From Eledone cirrhosa (Eukaryota), in the NCBI GenBank assembly GCA_964016885.1, contig OZ024742.1, positions 260,214,001 to 260,278,000 on the forward strand: a stretch of DNA of 64,000 nucleotides, read 5' to 3'. Below, in pieces: positions 11,938 through 24,912 of this stretch; within the stretch, counting starts at the first letter, position 1; each line of letters begins with the position of its first letter. The notes under the pieces are model-generated. The model was not told where the DNA came from. It searched no databases and saw only the letters and a program-made list of their open reading frames with translations. The position numbers were made by a program, and so were the translations under genes.

Positions 11938-14172
11938 GTAAGTCTGATGTTGATGATGATGATGATGATGATGCATTGTTGCATAATCCAGTTAGCTGTT
12001 CTACCTCAACTGTTACCATAGTTGCTGCAAATTATAGGAATGTTATCTTTTCATATGGCTTCTTTCACTTCACTTAGATGTATTTTGGCACTGATTGGAA
12101 CAGAAAGAACAGACAAGAAGAAGAAACAACTACAGCACCTCCTAATGCTGTTCTTTCTTTTGTCATGTTATATAGTTTTCTCATTTTATTAGATATTATG
12201 TTATGTTGATATTCATATATTACAATAGAAGCAACTAAAACTACAACTGCACAGTTAATAATGACTATGATTGTGAACTATATCTACTTCATTTTCTTTT
12301 TCACTTGAGCACCTTTTAATAATCTCGTTTAATTAGTAGATGGAAGTAGTTAACTGTTGCAAACATGTTTAACAGAATTTAGAGAAACAGAAGAGAGATT
12401 TTGACAATGTATTTCTGTTTGTTTTGAAAGCATGATGTAGTTTTTTGCTAATCTGTGTAATAGGTTTATAGGTAATGAATTGGTAGAGTTGTTAGAGCGT
12501 CAGGTAGATATTTGTTCTGACTCTGTACACTGAGTTCAAATCCTGCTGAGGTCAGCTTTACCTTTCATCCTTTCAAGGTTGATAAATAAAGTACCACTCT
12601 AATACTGGGGTCGATTCTTCCTCTATATCTTTCTTATTTCTTCTCTTTCTCTTTCTCTCCTTCATTGGAAGAAATTAGCAGTATATAGACCTGAGTTAAG
12701 TGTTCATGGATGATGACATGCTATGGAACCTTTATTATAATTCAGTCTCTGGCCATATAAATTAGTGTCTCATGTAGTTTTGTTTGTCTTCATTCCTCTT
12801 GTCACATTCTTACCACTATATCTGAGTGAAGGTTTTTATGTTTTATTGGTTACGACGGTAATTGAGTCACATTCATAAGGTTGTAAGTTTGATTACTTTA
12901 CCAAGCAGGACATTACATTCTTGAGCAGGACTGTGGCTCTTATCATTAAAACATCTAAGAAGCCTCCTGTGAGATGCAACTTCGTAGGAGATAGATTAAA
13001 CCTACATAGGTGTGAGTTGTAACAACAGCATAATAAGACTGGGAGTTCCTATCATTAAAACACCCAAGAAAACTCCCATGAGATACAACTTTGTAGGAGA
13101 CCACCTAAACTTACATAAGTGTGAACAGTAAAAAAAAACTTTTTTAATATCCAAGTGGGCTTAAATGTAAGAGTGAGAGTAAAATTGTTTGGGTGGTAGG
13201 TACAACACTCTGCCAAGTTAAAAACCATCACCTGATCAATGGGTACTTTCTGTTACAAGTATTTGGACCAAACTCGTGGCAGGGGTTCTCTTGTACAACA
13301 CACTGTCATTCGTTTTACTTCACCAAGATGCAAAAAGGAAACAAAGCAAATGTTAAAAAAAAACCAGTTTGTAATGTTTGTTTATTGGGACTGCTGAACC
13401 CTTACTGAAATTACTTTATCCCCCAATACAAAAATACAAGAAGGGATATTTAATTCTATCTGATCATTTCTTTAGCATTATTCCTTTGTCAAGGAGTATT
13501 TTACCTGAAATATAAGGAACTATTAAATATTTTTAAAGCAACATTTCAACCTTCTCCTTTTTTCCCTTTCTCTCCTTTTCTGATATTATTTTGATATTTA
13601 TAGCTATATTTAGATTGTTGTAGCTTTCTAAATCTTATATTTTATTATTTAGTTTTGAGATAAGCTTGTGAGATTCAGTAACATCTTCTGGATAAGGAAA
13701 TTGTGAATGGGGGAGCATTATTTTATTTTTCCTCTTTGGTGCTTTGTCTTCATGAATTTAAACAGATTACCAGATTGGTAGCTAGGTCTCATTCATTTAC
13801 AGTTAAAGTTCATAAATGCAATTACAAATTCTATTCTGATAGTTTCTTCCCTTCACATTTCGCCTATGGAACTCTCTTCCAACTTCTCGATTTCCTGACC
13901 ATTACCATTTGCAAAAATTCAAAAGTAACATCAATCATCATCTTCTCTCTTCTTGAGTTATGTTCTTTGTTTTGTCTTTTTCTTCTCAGTAGCCCCTTGC
14001 ATTTTAGTGGCTTTATTACCTTCCTTGGGGTAAGCAATATATATATATATATATATACAAAAGTCCTATACGTATTTGTATACAGCTATGCCTGAAGCTA
14101 AATCCTATTTATATATATATATATAGACGTAAAATGGTGATGATGATATATATGTATACATTGGTATATATA

Positions 14173-14581
14173 TCATCATCATCATCATCATCGTTTAACG
14201 TCCATTTTCCACGCTAGCATGGGTCTGGACGGGAATTGTCCCACTTGAGGCAAGATTTGTTGTCTTGATCAGGACTGTCTGGCAGGTTTTCTATGGCTGG
14301 ATACCCTTCCTAACACCAACTACGTTTACAGTGTGGACTGGGAGGTTTTTACCGTGTTACCTACAGGGCCACATTACAGCATGGACTGTGTGTTTTTTTT
14401 TGTCGTGACACCTACACGACCTCATTTATTTAGGACTGGATGTTGTGGTACCAACATAACTTTACATCGAAAGGGGTAGTGTAGATGGGGGTGGGGGTAG
14501 GGGTAGTGGGACGGGGGTGTATTTTGGTTAAGAGGTGCCTACTGACTGTAGGTTTCGCTTTGTACTTAGGCAAGGTGGGTC
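14173..14581 (-). mobile_element. RTE LINE 3' UTR fragment
   Basis: (TCA)n followed by the reverse-strand 3' UTR; near-duplicate of 14866-15260. Confidence 0.85.
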
Positions 14582-14582
14582 T

Positions 14583-14737
14583 AACCACAGTAAGTAAGGT
14601 ACTCAATACATAGCAGAGTATAAATGTTTTAATATAGAAGAGCTTCTACAGGACTAGAACTGTTTCATTCATGAGAAATCATGATGATTTCTCACGAATG
14701 AAACAGTTCTAGTCCTGTAGAAGCTCTTCTATATTAA
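14583..14737. repeat. Fold-back element copy 1 (54-bp arms, 14629-14737), probable Penelope pseudo-LTR tail
   Basis: aaccacagtaagtaaggtactcaatacatagcagag leader, then a hairpin containing ATGATTTCTCACGAATGAAACAGTTCTAGTC. Homologous to 49089 and 52436. Confidence 0.8.
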
Positions 14738-14864
14738 TATATATATATATATATATAGTAATAATAATAAATTTGAAGACTAAAATCCAAGGAGGGCTCG
14801 ATAAGAATAAATATATATCAGATATATAAGAACCATAGAGCAAATATTTTATATATATATATAT

Positions 14865-15600
14865 ATCATCATCATCATCATCGTTTAACGTCCATCTTTC
14901 ACGCTAGCATGGGTTTGGACGGGAATTTTCCCACTTGAGGCAAGATTGGTTGTCTTGCTCGTATAGGACTGTCTGGCGGGTTTTCTACGGCTGGATGCCC
15001 TTCCTAACACCAACCACGTTTACAGTGTGGACTGGGAGGTTTTTACCGTGTTGCCTACACAGCCACATTACAGTGTGGACTGTGTGTTTTTTGTCGTGAC
15101 ACCTACACGACCTCATTTGTTTCGGACTGGATGTTGTGATACCAACATAACTTTACATTGGAAGGGGTGGTGTGGATGGGATGGGGGTAGTGGGACGGGG
15201 TGTATTTTTGTTAGAGGTGCCTACTGACTGTAGGTTTCGCTTTGTACTTAGGCAAAGCAGGTCTTCTGTATTACTGTGTAGCGCCAAAGATCTCGGTCCA
15301 GTGACATTGTCTTGGAGAGGTGTAAGTGTGTGAGGTCGGAATTTATCAAGTCGTCCCAGGTTTTTCTGGGTCTGCCTACTCCGTGGCTACCATCTATTTT
15401 TATCGCCCTGCACTTTTTTATACAGCTGTCGTCTTTCATGCGCATCACGTGACCGTACCAACGTAGTCTTCTCTCGAGTAAACAGCATCTGATCCCTCTT
15501 ATTCCTAATTTCTCCCTTAGTTCGTTTATGCTTTGCCGTTCACAAATATTACTATTACACATCCAGCGGAGCACGCAAGCTTCGTTCCTCTCCAGTCTGC

Positions 15601-15601
<1 letters not shown>
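14865..15601 (-). mobile_element. RTE LINE 3' fragment
   Basis: Minus ORF MLRWMC..RRLRWYGHVMRM..GRPRKTW; same subfamily as 20778-22870. Confidence 0.9.
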
Positions 15602-15646
<45 letters not shown>

Positions 15647-16164
15647 TTATTGAGAACTAAAATAGTAACAGGCAGTAAATTAGCAGAGTTGTTAAGGTAC
15701 AAGATTAAAAGTGCCTCAGTATTTATTCCAGTTGGCAGTGTTCTGAGTTCAAATCCTCTTGAGGTCAACTTTGCCTTTCATCCTTTTGAAGTTAATAAAA
15801 TATCAATGCTGTTTTGGGAGGTGGAGAGAGTTCTTCCTCCATCTTTTAATTTCTCCCACTCTGTTGAAGAGTGTGCTTAATTGTCGCTTTAATGATTAAA
15901 ACAATATTGTATCTACCCAAATCATTGAGGATAATGTCACTATTTAATCCCCAATCTTATTCTTTTTTTTTTTTTTTTTTTGCATTCCTTATGAGTATGT
16001 ACATAAAACATAGTTAAAATAAGACAGAAATTAAAAAAAATACAGAGAAAGCTATCTGGCATTTTTACTGCTATTTGAATAGCTGTGAGAGCTTTAAAAA
16101 ATTCATACCGAGAATCTTGTATGGTTATTATGCAAAAACATAGTGCATGTTTTTCATATACACC

Positions 16165-16349
16165 CAGTGGATTGGCAGTATCGGTAGAGGGTCGGGACGC
16201 CATGCTTTGAAGCATAGAGTTACCTCCCTTTATGATCTGAGTTCAAATCCCGCCGAGGTTAACTTTGCCTTTCATCCTTACGGGGTCGATAAAATAAAGT
16301 ACCAGTAATACACTGGGAAAATTGCTGGCCTTGTGCCAAAAGTAGAAAC

Positions 16350-16355
<6 letters not shown>
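16165..16355 (+). mobile_element. tRNA-derived SINE family A. Other copies at 1-42, 12470-12615, 15670-15810, 16520-16625(-), 34623-34812, 36810-36970, 57490-57950 (tandem partials), 60650-60800, 60950-61535(-), 62325-62465(-), 63850-64000
   Basis: A-box tggcagtatcgg, B-box gagttcaaatccc, conserved core gcctttcatccttacggggtcgataaaataaagtacc, tail ttgtgccaaaagtagaaacaatt. Confidence 0.85.
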
Positions 16356-16380
<25 letters not shown>

Positions 16381-17167
16381 GCTATCTTCATATTTCCATG
16401 TATGTGTGTCTAACAAGTCTCCACCTTTGAATTACAGTTATGTATCATAGTGTATGTGGCTGAGTATTCCACAAATATACATACCTTTATCGTAACTCCC
16501 AACCTGAATAAGCATGACATAATTGTTTCTACTTTCGGCACAAGACCAGTACATTACTGGTACTTTATTTTATCGACCTCGTAAGGATGAAAGGCAATGT
16601 TAACCTTGGCGGGCTTTGAACTCATATGACATAATATGTGACAAGACTAAACCTTTGAATTAGTCATACAATCCATCTGCCAGGTAGTTTTTATCCACCC
16701 AGTTTCACTTACAAGACTTGAATCAACCTGAGGCTCTGGTAAAAAAAGGAAGAGGAGATGGAATCTTCTATTCAAACATTTCTCTTCATCACCTTTCCTT
16801 AATTTACAAGAAAAAAGTGAAATTTTCATCTCTCATTTAAGCAGGTTTAGCTGGTCTTTCATAGGAGGTTTTGTAGGTATTTCAATGATAGGAGCCCCAG
16901 TCCTATTATGAAAAGCAATGTGAAATGAAGCATCTCAAGAACACATGTCACCCAGTCCAGGAATTGAACCCCTAATCTTATGAACACAAGACCAACATCC
17001 TAACCACTAGGCTTTCACTTCATAAATTCCACCATAATTTTCACTCATCTCTTCTCTTCAGTCTCCACCCTTTTCACACTATTGCCATCATTTTTCTCTT
17101 TCTCTTTCTCCCAGTCTTAACTTGTATTTTCCCTTTTCCTAATCTCTCTCCCTCTCTCTCTCTCTCC

Positions 17168-17234
<67 letters not shown>

Positions 17235-17783
17235 ACTCTCTCTCTCTCTCTCTGTTACACACATCCACACACATATAAATGTATATATTGATATATATGT
17301 TAATATTAGTCAGTCATTGTCTCCTGAAAGAGAGAAAGGAGACCTTAGAAAATGTCCAAAACTTGATTAAAAGTTATTTCAATAATCTACAAAACACCAG
17401 CCTTTTTAGGAGGAATGAGAACTATTAATGTTGTTGTTGTCATTTCATTGTATTTCCTAGTGAAAGATAAAATTATCTTTTTATTATTGTCATCATAAGC
17501 TAAAAACATTAAAAATAAAAAAGGCAATGAGATGTTAGAATTTTTTTTTTTATAAATATAATTTTGAAAATTATTATTGTTATTATTATTATTATTATCA
17601 TTATTTTCGTTATTATTATGAGATAACATATGTGCTTCTCTGTGTCTTATCTCTATTGCTAAGGAGTCTATGTAAAACACAGAAACACTGACTGAAATAG
17701 CAATATGGGTAAAGTTGCTTATTTCTGTTCCCCAAGGTGGACATTTAAATAGTTTATTACTATCACTACTACTACTGCTGCTG

Positions 17784-17841
<58 letters not shown>

Positions 17842-18379
17842 ATGAGAACTGTTCATTAATTCAAACACTGTGACAGAGTTGATACAAGATTGAGCTAAGA
17901 CATCAACCAATTCAAACACTGAAACAGAGATGACACAGGATTAAACTGACTGGTGATTTGCCATAATAAAGAAGACCAGTCCACTGCAAAACTAAAAACA
18001 ACTGTAGTGAGTGATCGGAGGCTATAGTGTTTGGCATTTACAGGGAGAGAGTATAAGGTCTGAGAGTACTCTTCTGTCTGAACAAGCATGTGACAACCTG
18101 TCTTACTGGTGCCATGATAAACTACACCCAGTGTACCCTGTAAAGTGTTATTATTGGTGCCATGAAAAAACAATACATCATGCATAGCCTGTAAAGTGTT
18201 AGTGGTGGTGCCACGAAAAATACTCACCCAGTACACCCTATAAAGTGGCAGGCATTAAGAAGGACATCCAGTCGTAGAAATTATTCAACCTGTCTGGTTT
18301 TGATCCATGACAAACTATCTAGTGAATGTAAACTGATGATGATGGTGATGGTGATGATGATGATGACATAGAGCTTGTA

Positions 18380-18892
18380 CTTGGTTATTTAGCATCGTAG
18401 GCTAATACTATATGTGACAGGATATTTAGCACCCTAAGCTAGCTCTACAATGTGTACCTGGGTATTTAATATGCTAGGTTAGCTCTACAATGCATGGCTG
18501 GGTATTTAGCACCACAGGCTAGTTCTGAAATGTGTGCCAGGATATTTAGTACCCAGGTTAGCCCTATAAAATATGCTTGAGTATTTAGCACCCTAGGCTA
18601 GCTCTACAGTGTGTACCTGAGAATTTAGTGCCCTTGGCTAGCTCTACAATATGTGCCTGGGTATTTAGTACTCAGATGTTTTCTTTGGTATTTAGCACCC
18701 TAGGCAAGCTCTGCAATGTATAGTACCCTAAACTAGCTTTATTATGTGTGCCTGGGTATTTAGTATCCTAGGCTAGCCCTACAATATGTACTTGTGTGTT
18801 TAGCATATGTACTTTGGTTTTTATCACCTTAAGGTAAATCTTCAATGTGTAGTTGGGTATTTCCCATGCTAGGGTTGCTCTACAGTGTGTAC
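18380..18892. repeat. ~40-bp minisatellite, about 12 degenerate units
   Basis: Unit ggtatttagcaccctaggctagctctacaatgtgtgcctg. Confidence 0.9.
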
Positions 18893-19842
18893 CATCTCCT
18901 CCCAGTTATGTACCCCATTCTCCTAAATTTCGACACTAAGAAAAATTCTAAATCCACATTTCCCACTACATGCCATATGATGTGACAGGTCATAACACCA
19001 TATGATCCTCTCCGCAGCTTTGGATATGTTTTCTTTCAGTTGAGTGAACTAAAACAATGTAAAATGAGGTGTCTTGCTGAAAGACACAACACACTGCCTA
19101 ATCTGTAAATTGAACCCACAATCTTATAAATAGTGAGCTGAACACTCTAGCCACAAGATCAACAAGACAATGAATTATGGGGTAAATCATCATCATCCTC
19201 ATCATTTTACACACTTTCTGGGTTGGATGGGCTGTCACGGTCTGAAACCAGGTGGGTCACAACAACCCATCTTGCTGGTTACATTCCATAGTTTGGATGC
19301 TTTCTACAGCTGGATTCCCTTCCTAATGACAACCAGTGTTTATTGATTAATTAATATGAGCAATCAGTTGAAATCAAAAAATAATTAGAATAGACACACC
19401 ATATACCTGTGTGTCCAAAAAGGGTTGATGCCAAGAAGGGCATCTGGCTTACCTCAGAACTCTTGCTTTATTGAGAAGTGGGGGTCATTAACCATTTTAT
19501 TACCATATAAAATACACTGAATTTCAATTATTCAATTAAGAATTTAGAGCAATTTACTAAAATTATTATTTCTTTATCAAGATGATATTTGTAACTTAAG
19601 GTGTTCTTTTATAAAATTTTGTTGGAATATTTTAATTTAAATAGGAACCCTCTATAATTTGTGGTTTTGTCCCATAGAACCAGAGACAATTTTTGGTGGG
19701 TTGGTATGAAAAGGGTTTTGGTATCAACATTTGTTGTGTGTTATGAATTAACAAAGTGACACTAAACTTTTCTGTATACTGTGTGTCATTCATGAATACC
19801 GCAGAGTTTAAATAAGGTTTTTGTTTTATTTGTTTTTTCCAG

Positions 19843-19954
19843 AGACAACTCCACATGCTCCATACAATGTTACAGTAACGACCAGTTTATTTACAGCTAA
19901 AGTACAATGGATGCCAGCATATAATGGAGGATTAGAGCAGAATTATGTGATTTG
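19843..19954 (+). CDS. tutl: Exon of turtle/IGSF9-family protein (N-half of FN3 domain)
   Basis: ttttttccag acceptor, TG|gtaagc donor. (K)TTPHAPYNVTVTTSLFTAKVQWMPAYNGGLEQNYVI(W); the PHAPYN..W.P.Y.GG..Q.Y.IW pattern matches turtle FN3-1 as I recall it. Phase 1 to 2. Confidence 0.92.
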
Positions 19955-20154
19955 GTAAGCAACTCTCTCTCTCTCATGTTCTATCTTTCCCCTCCCCTTC
20001 TACTGCTGCATTAATACAGATCACATTTTCTCAATTTGCCTCTTTCTACCCAAACTTTCCCACCATAATCCACCCTTAGATTTATATTGCTCAATAGAAG
20101 GATGAGGAGAGTACACTGACCTTCTGTTGAAATGAAAAAAAAATGAAATATACA

Positions 20155-20540
20155 GCTAATGCATGTGGGCTTAGCTGACCTCTGACAGGGTTGCAACTCA
20201 TAGGAGGTTTCTCATGTGTTTTAATGATAGGAGACCCCAGTCCTATCATGTTGTTTTTACAGTTCACGACTATGTAGGTTTAACTGACTTCATATAAAAT
20301 TGCCTCTCATAGGAGGTTTATGGGGTGTTTTAGTGGTAGAGGGCCCAACTTATAGTAGGTTATAGTTACAGATCATACCTATGTAGGCATAGTTGGCCTT
20401 ATACAAGATTGCACCATATGGATAGGGTCCCCATGTCTTATTATTTTATTGTTATAGCTCAAACTCATAAGGGTTTAGCAGGCCTCATAAAAGGTTTCTT
20501 GGGTAGATTTAATGATAGGGGCCTCAGTCATATCAAGAAA
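20155..20540 (-). repeat. ~100-bp tandem/dispersed repeat (also 12930-13130 +, 16840-16910 -)
   Basis: Unit cataggaggttt..gtgttttaatgatagg..ccccagtcctat, adjoining SINE-B heads. Confidence 0.65.
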
Positions 20541-20719
20541 AGCATTGTGAAAAGAAGTGCCTTGCTCAAGTACACAACATACTGCCTGGTCCAGGAATCC
20601 AGTACTATCTTTCAATCAGGAGTCCAACTACTAACCTCTGCACCTTCACTTGTCAAACTTTCCATTTAAAGAATGTTTCTTTCAAAAGAGATATTTCTCT
20701 CTATATATATATTTTATTT

Positions 20720-20752
<33 letters not shown>

Positions 20753-20777
20753 AAAATATATATATTTTTTTTTATAT

Positions 20778-22870
20778 ATATATATACAAATGGGAAAAAG
20801 ATAGTCTGCCCCAAATCGATCCAATAGAGGGACCAGAGTGCAAGTTAAAGGTAGTATAAGTAAGGCAATCAAAGATATGAAGACAGGCAAGGCAGCTGGG
20901 CCTTCGGAGATAGTTTCTGAAATGCTGAAAGCATCTGGAATGGTGGGACACACTATGGTCACCCGGATAGTAAATCAAGTCATACAGAATGGGGTCATAC
21001 CAAAAGACTGGCGTAGCAGCATCATCATTAACTGCTACAAGGGTAAAGGAGATGCCCTAGATAGGGGTAACTATAGATGCATTAAATTAGTTGACCAGGT
21101 CATGAAGGTCACAGAAAGAGTTATAACGCAACTAATCAGAGAGCGAATTGATCTAGATGAAATGCAGTTTGGGTTTGTGTCAAGTAAAAGTACCACAGAC
21201 GCTCTTTTCCTTGTACGACAACTACAAGAGAAGTACCTAGCTAAAAGTAAACCCCTCTACTTAGCTTTTGTTGACTTGGAGAAAGCCTTTGACAGAGTCC
21301 CCTGCTCCATTATCTGGTGGGCTCTTAGAAAACTAGATGCTGATGAATGGCTTGTGAAAGCTATACAAGCCATGTATAAAGAAACAGTCAGCAAGGTTAG
21401 AATTAACAACGAATATAGTGAAGAATTTAGCGTAAAAGTTGGTGTTCATCAAGGCTCTGTCCTTAGCCCCCTCCTATTTATTATTGCCCTTCAGGCTATA
21501 ACAGAGGAGTTCAAGACCGGCTGCCATGGGAACTTCTATACACAGATGATCTAATTCTCATAGCTGAATCGATAGCTGAACTAGAGAAGAATTTCCAAAC
21601 ATGGAAGCATGGCCTAGAATCAAAAGGCCTTAAAGTTAACTTGTCTAAGACTAAAGTTCTAGTATGTAGAAAGGAAAATAGGATACAGGTACTCTCTGGG
21701 AAATGGCCATGCTCAGTGTATAGAAAAGGAGTAGGCAGAAACTCCATATTATGTCCCAAATGCAAACTATGGGTACATATCTAAGAACGTAAATTTTATA
21801 TGTGGCCGATGCTCAGGTGCAATAAGTAGCAAGTGCCCACAGGATACTAGCTCCTTCTATTGCCCAGATGGTTCTATAGAAATAGTGGACACCTTCTGTT
21901 ACCTGGGTGACAAAATCAGCAGTGATGGAGGGTGCTCTGAAAGTACAGTAGCCAGAGTCAGAACGGGATGGAAAAAGTTCAGAGAGCTTATACCACTATT
22001 GGTCACCAAAGGGTTCTCTCTAAAAATGAAAGGCAGATTGTATGATGCCTGTATATGAACAGCAATGTTACATGGCAGTGAGACATGGGCTTTGTGTGCA
22101 GAGGATCTGCGCAGACTGGAGAGGAACGAAGCATCCATGCACCGTTGGATTTGTAATAGTAATATGCACGAACGGCAAAGCATAGATGAACTAAGTGAGA
22201 AATTAGGAATAAGAGGGATCAGATGCTCTTTACTTGGGAGAAGACTACGTTGGTATGGTCACGTGATGTGCATGAAAGACGACAGTTGTATAAAAAAGCG
22301 CAGGACGATCAAAATTGATGGAAGTTACGGAGTAGGTAGACCCAGAAAAACCTGGGACGATTTGATAAATTCCGACCTTACATACTTACACCTCTCGAAG
22401 ACAATGTCATTGGACCGAGATCTTTGGCGCTACGCAGTAATACAGAAGACCCACCTTGCCTATATACAAAGCGAAACCTACAGTCAGTAGGCACCTCTTA
22501 ACCAAATATCCCCCCCCCCCATCCCACTACCCTGACTCCCCCACCCCCACTCCCACCAACACCACCCTTTCTCTGTAAAGTTATGTTGGTGCCACAACAT
22601 CGAGTCCAAAATAAATGAGGTCGTGTAGGTGTCACGACAAAAAGTACACACAGTGCACGCTGTAATGTGGCCGTGTAGGTAACACAGTAAAAACCTCCCA
22701 GTCCACACTGTAAGTGTGGTTGGTGTTAGGAAGGACATCCAGCCATAGAAAACCTGCCAGACAGTCCTATATGAGTGAGACATGGTCACCCGACCAATCT
22801 TGCCTCAAGTAGGATAATTCCCGTCTAAACCCATGCTAGATAGATGTTAAACGATGATGATGATGATGAT
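20778..22870 (+). mobile_element. RTE LINE, 5'-truncated, RT pseudogene
   Basis: GKAAGPS, QFGF..STTDA, AFVDLEKAFDRVP, GVHQGSVLSPLLF, frameshift at WELLYTDD, C-terminal domain, 3' UTR, (TGA)n tail. Confidence 0.95.
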
Positions 22871-22951
22871 GTATGTGTGTGCAACAATATATATATATAT
22901 ATAGTAAAGACGATTTCTTCATGTAGTTTTTCCTGTTTGACATCCACACAG

Positions 22952-23130
22952 GTTTCGAAACACAAATGCCTTAGAACCCAATTGGCAAACAATCCGAGTG
23001 CCCCCTGGTGATAAAACATCATTTATTGTCTACAGTTTAGAAGCTGATACAATTTACGAGTTCATGGTTTTGTCTCGTAATATTATGGGCAATGGTTTAT
23101 ACAGCGACCGAGTACTAGCAAGAACACTTG
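22952..23130 (+). CDS. tutl: Exon of turtle/IGSF9-family protein (C-half of FN3 domain)
   Basis: cacag acceptor, G|gtaagt donor. (W)FRNTNALEPNWQTIRVPPGDKTSFIVYSLEADTIYEFMVLSRNIMGNGLYSDRVLARTL has the FN3 L..T.YEF.V...N..G.G motif. Phase 2 to 1. Confidence 0.92.
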
Positions 23131-23371
23131 GTAAGTAACTTTTATTACTAACCCAGCCAACCCTTTCTGGCCCTTTTCTCATGTTCAAAGCAATGCTATC
23201 CACCTATCTGTCTTCTTACGAACATATAGGTTGATAGAGGAAATTATTGTACATATATCTATAACTATATATATAAATTATATTGCATTGTATTATATTA
23301 ATTTTAAGCATTTTATCCTGTGTGTTTGTGGTGTGATAAGGTGTCTTATGTTCCATTGAATAATTTTGCTT

Positions 23372-23601
23372 TATATATATATATATATATGTATATGTAT
23401 ATGAATATGAATATATATATATGAATATTTATATATATATATATGTATGTGTAAATGTATATATATATATATATATTTATATGTATATATATATTATATG
23501 TATATATATATATATGTATATATATATATACATGTATATATATATATGTATATATAAATATATATATATACATGTATATATATATATGTATATATATATA
23601 T

Positions 23602-23657
<56 letters not shown>

Positions 23658-23686
23658 ATATATATATATATGTATATATATATATG

Positions 23687-23718
<32 letters not shown>

Positions 23719-23741
23719 TGTATGTATATATATATGTATAT

Positions 23742-23775
<34 letters not shown>

Positions 23776-23882
23776 ATAAATATGTATATATGTGTGTATA
23801 TATATGTATATATGTATATATATATATGTATATGTATACATGAATATATATATGAATATATATACATGAATATATATATATA

Positions 23883-23955
<73 letters not shown>

Positions 23956-23984
23956 ATGTATATATATATGTATTTATATATATA

Positions 23985-24022
<38 letters not shown>

Positions 24023-24028
24023 CATATA

Positions 24029-24068
<40 letters not shown>

Positions 24069-24074
24069 CATATA

Positions 24075-24144
<70 letters not shown>

Positions 24145-24162
24145 TATGCATATATATATATA

Positions 24163-24219
<57 letters not shown>

Positions 24220-24342
24220 ATATATATATATATGTGTATATATATATATATATACATATATACATATATATACATACATATACATATATATATATGTGTA
24301 TATATATATGTGTGTATATATATATATATGTGTGTATATATA

Positions 24343-24400
<58 letters not shown>

Positions 24401-24634
24401 ATAGCACCTATATATATATATATGTATGTAATAGCACCTATATATGTATATATATATATATGTATATATATGTATATGTATATATATGTATATATATGTA
24501 TATATATATATATGTATATATATGTATATATGTATATGTATATATATGTATATGTATATATATGTATATATATGTATATATATGTATATATATATATATG
24601 TATATATATGTATATATGTATATGTATATATATG

Positions 24635-24667
<33 letters not shown>

Positions 24668-24687
24668 GTGTATATATATATATGTAT
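23372..24687. repeat. (TA)n/(TATG)n microsatellite array
   Basis: Direct reading. Confidence 0.98.
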
Positions 24688-24729
24688 AGTTTTGCGAGGT
24701 TTTTTATATGAAATCGTGTGTCGAAACAG

Positions 24730-24912
24730 ATATTGTTATATTTGGGGAGGGTCATATTTGCGTAATATTGCCAGAATTAATAACAGAACACACTCACTGT
24801 TTGGTTGGTTTTCGCTTCTCGCTGTCTTTTATATATATATATCTGCGATCTAGCTTACTCGGTCCTCAATGTTGCCATTGACTGACCGGCGGTCAAAAAT
24901 AATACAGATACA
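24730..24912 (-). repeat. Left arm of perfect 183-bp inverted repeat (inverted pseudo-LTR/3' end copy)
   Basis: Exact reverse complement of 27197-27379 on base-by-base reading. Confidence 0.95.

Noticed and set aside
16165-16260. tRNA genes at A-box/B-box motifs
   Set aside because: No cloverleaf, and each is followed by the SINE core and tail in many dispersed copies.
18380-18892. Regularly spaced repeats resembling a CRISPR array
   Set aside because: Contiguous degenerate ~40-bp tandem units with no unique spacers, in a eukaryotic context with no cas genes.
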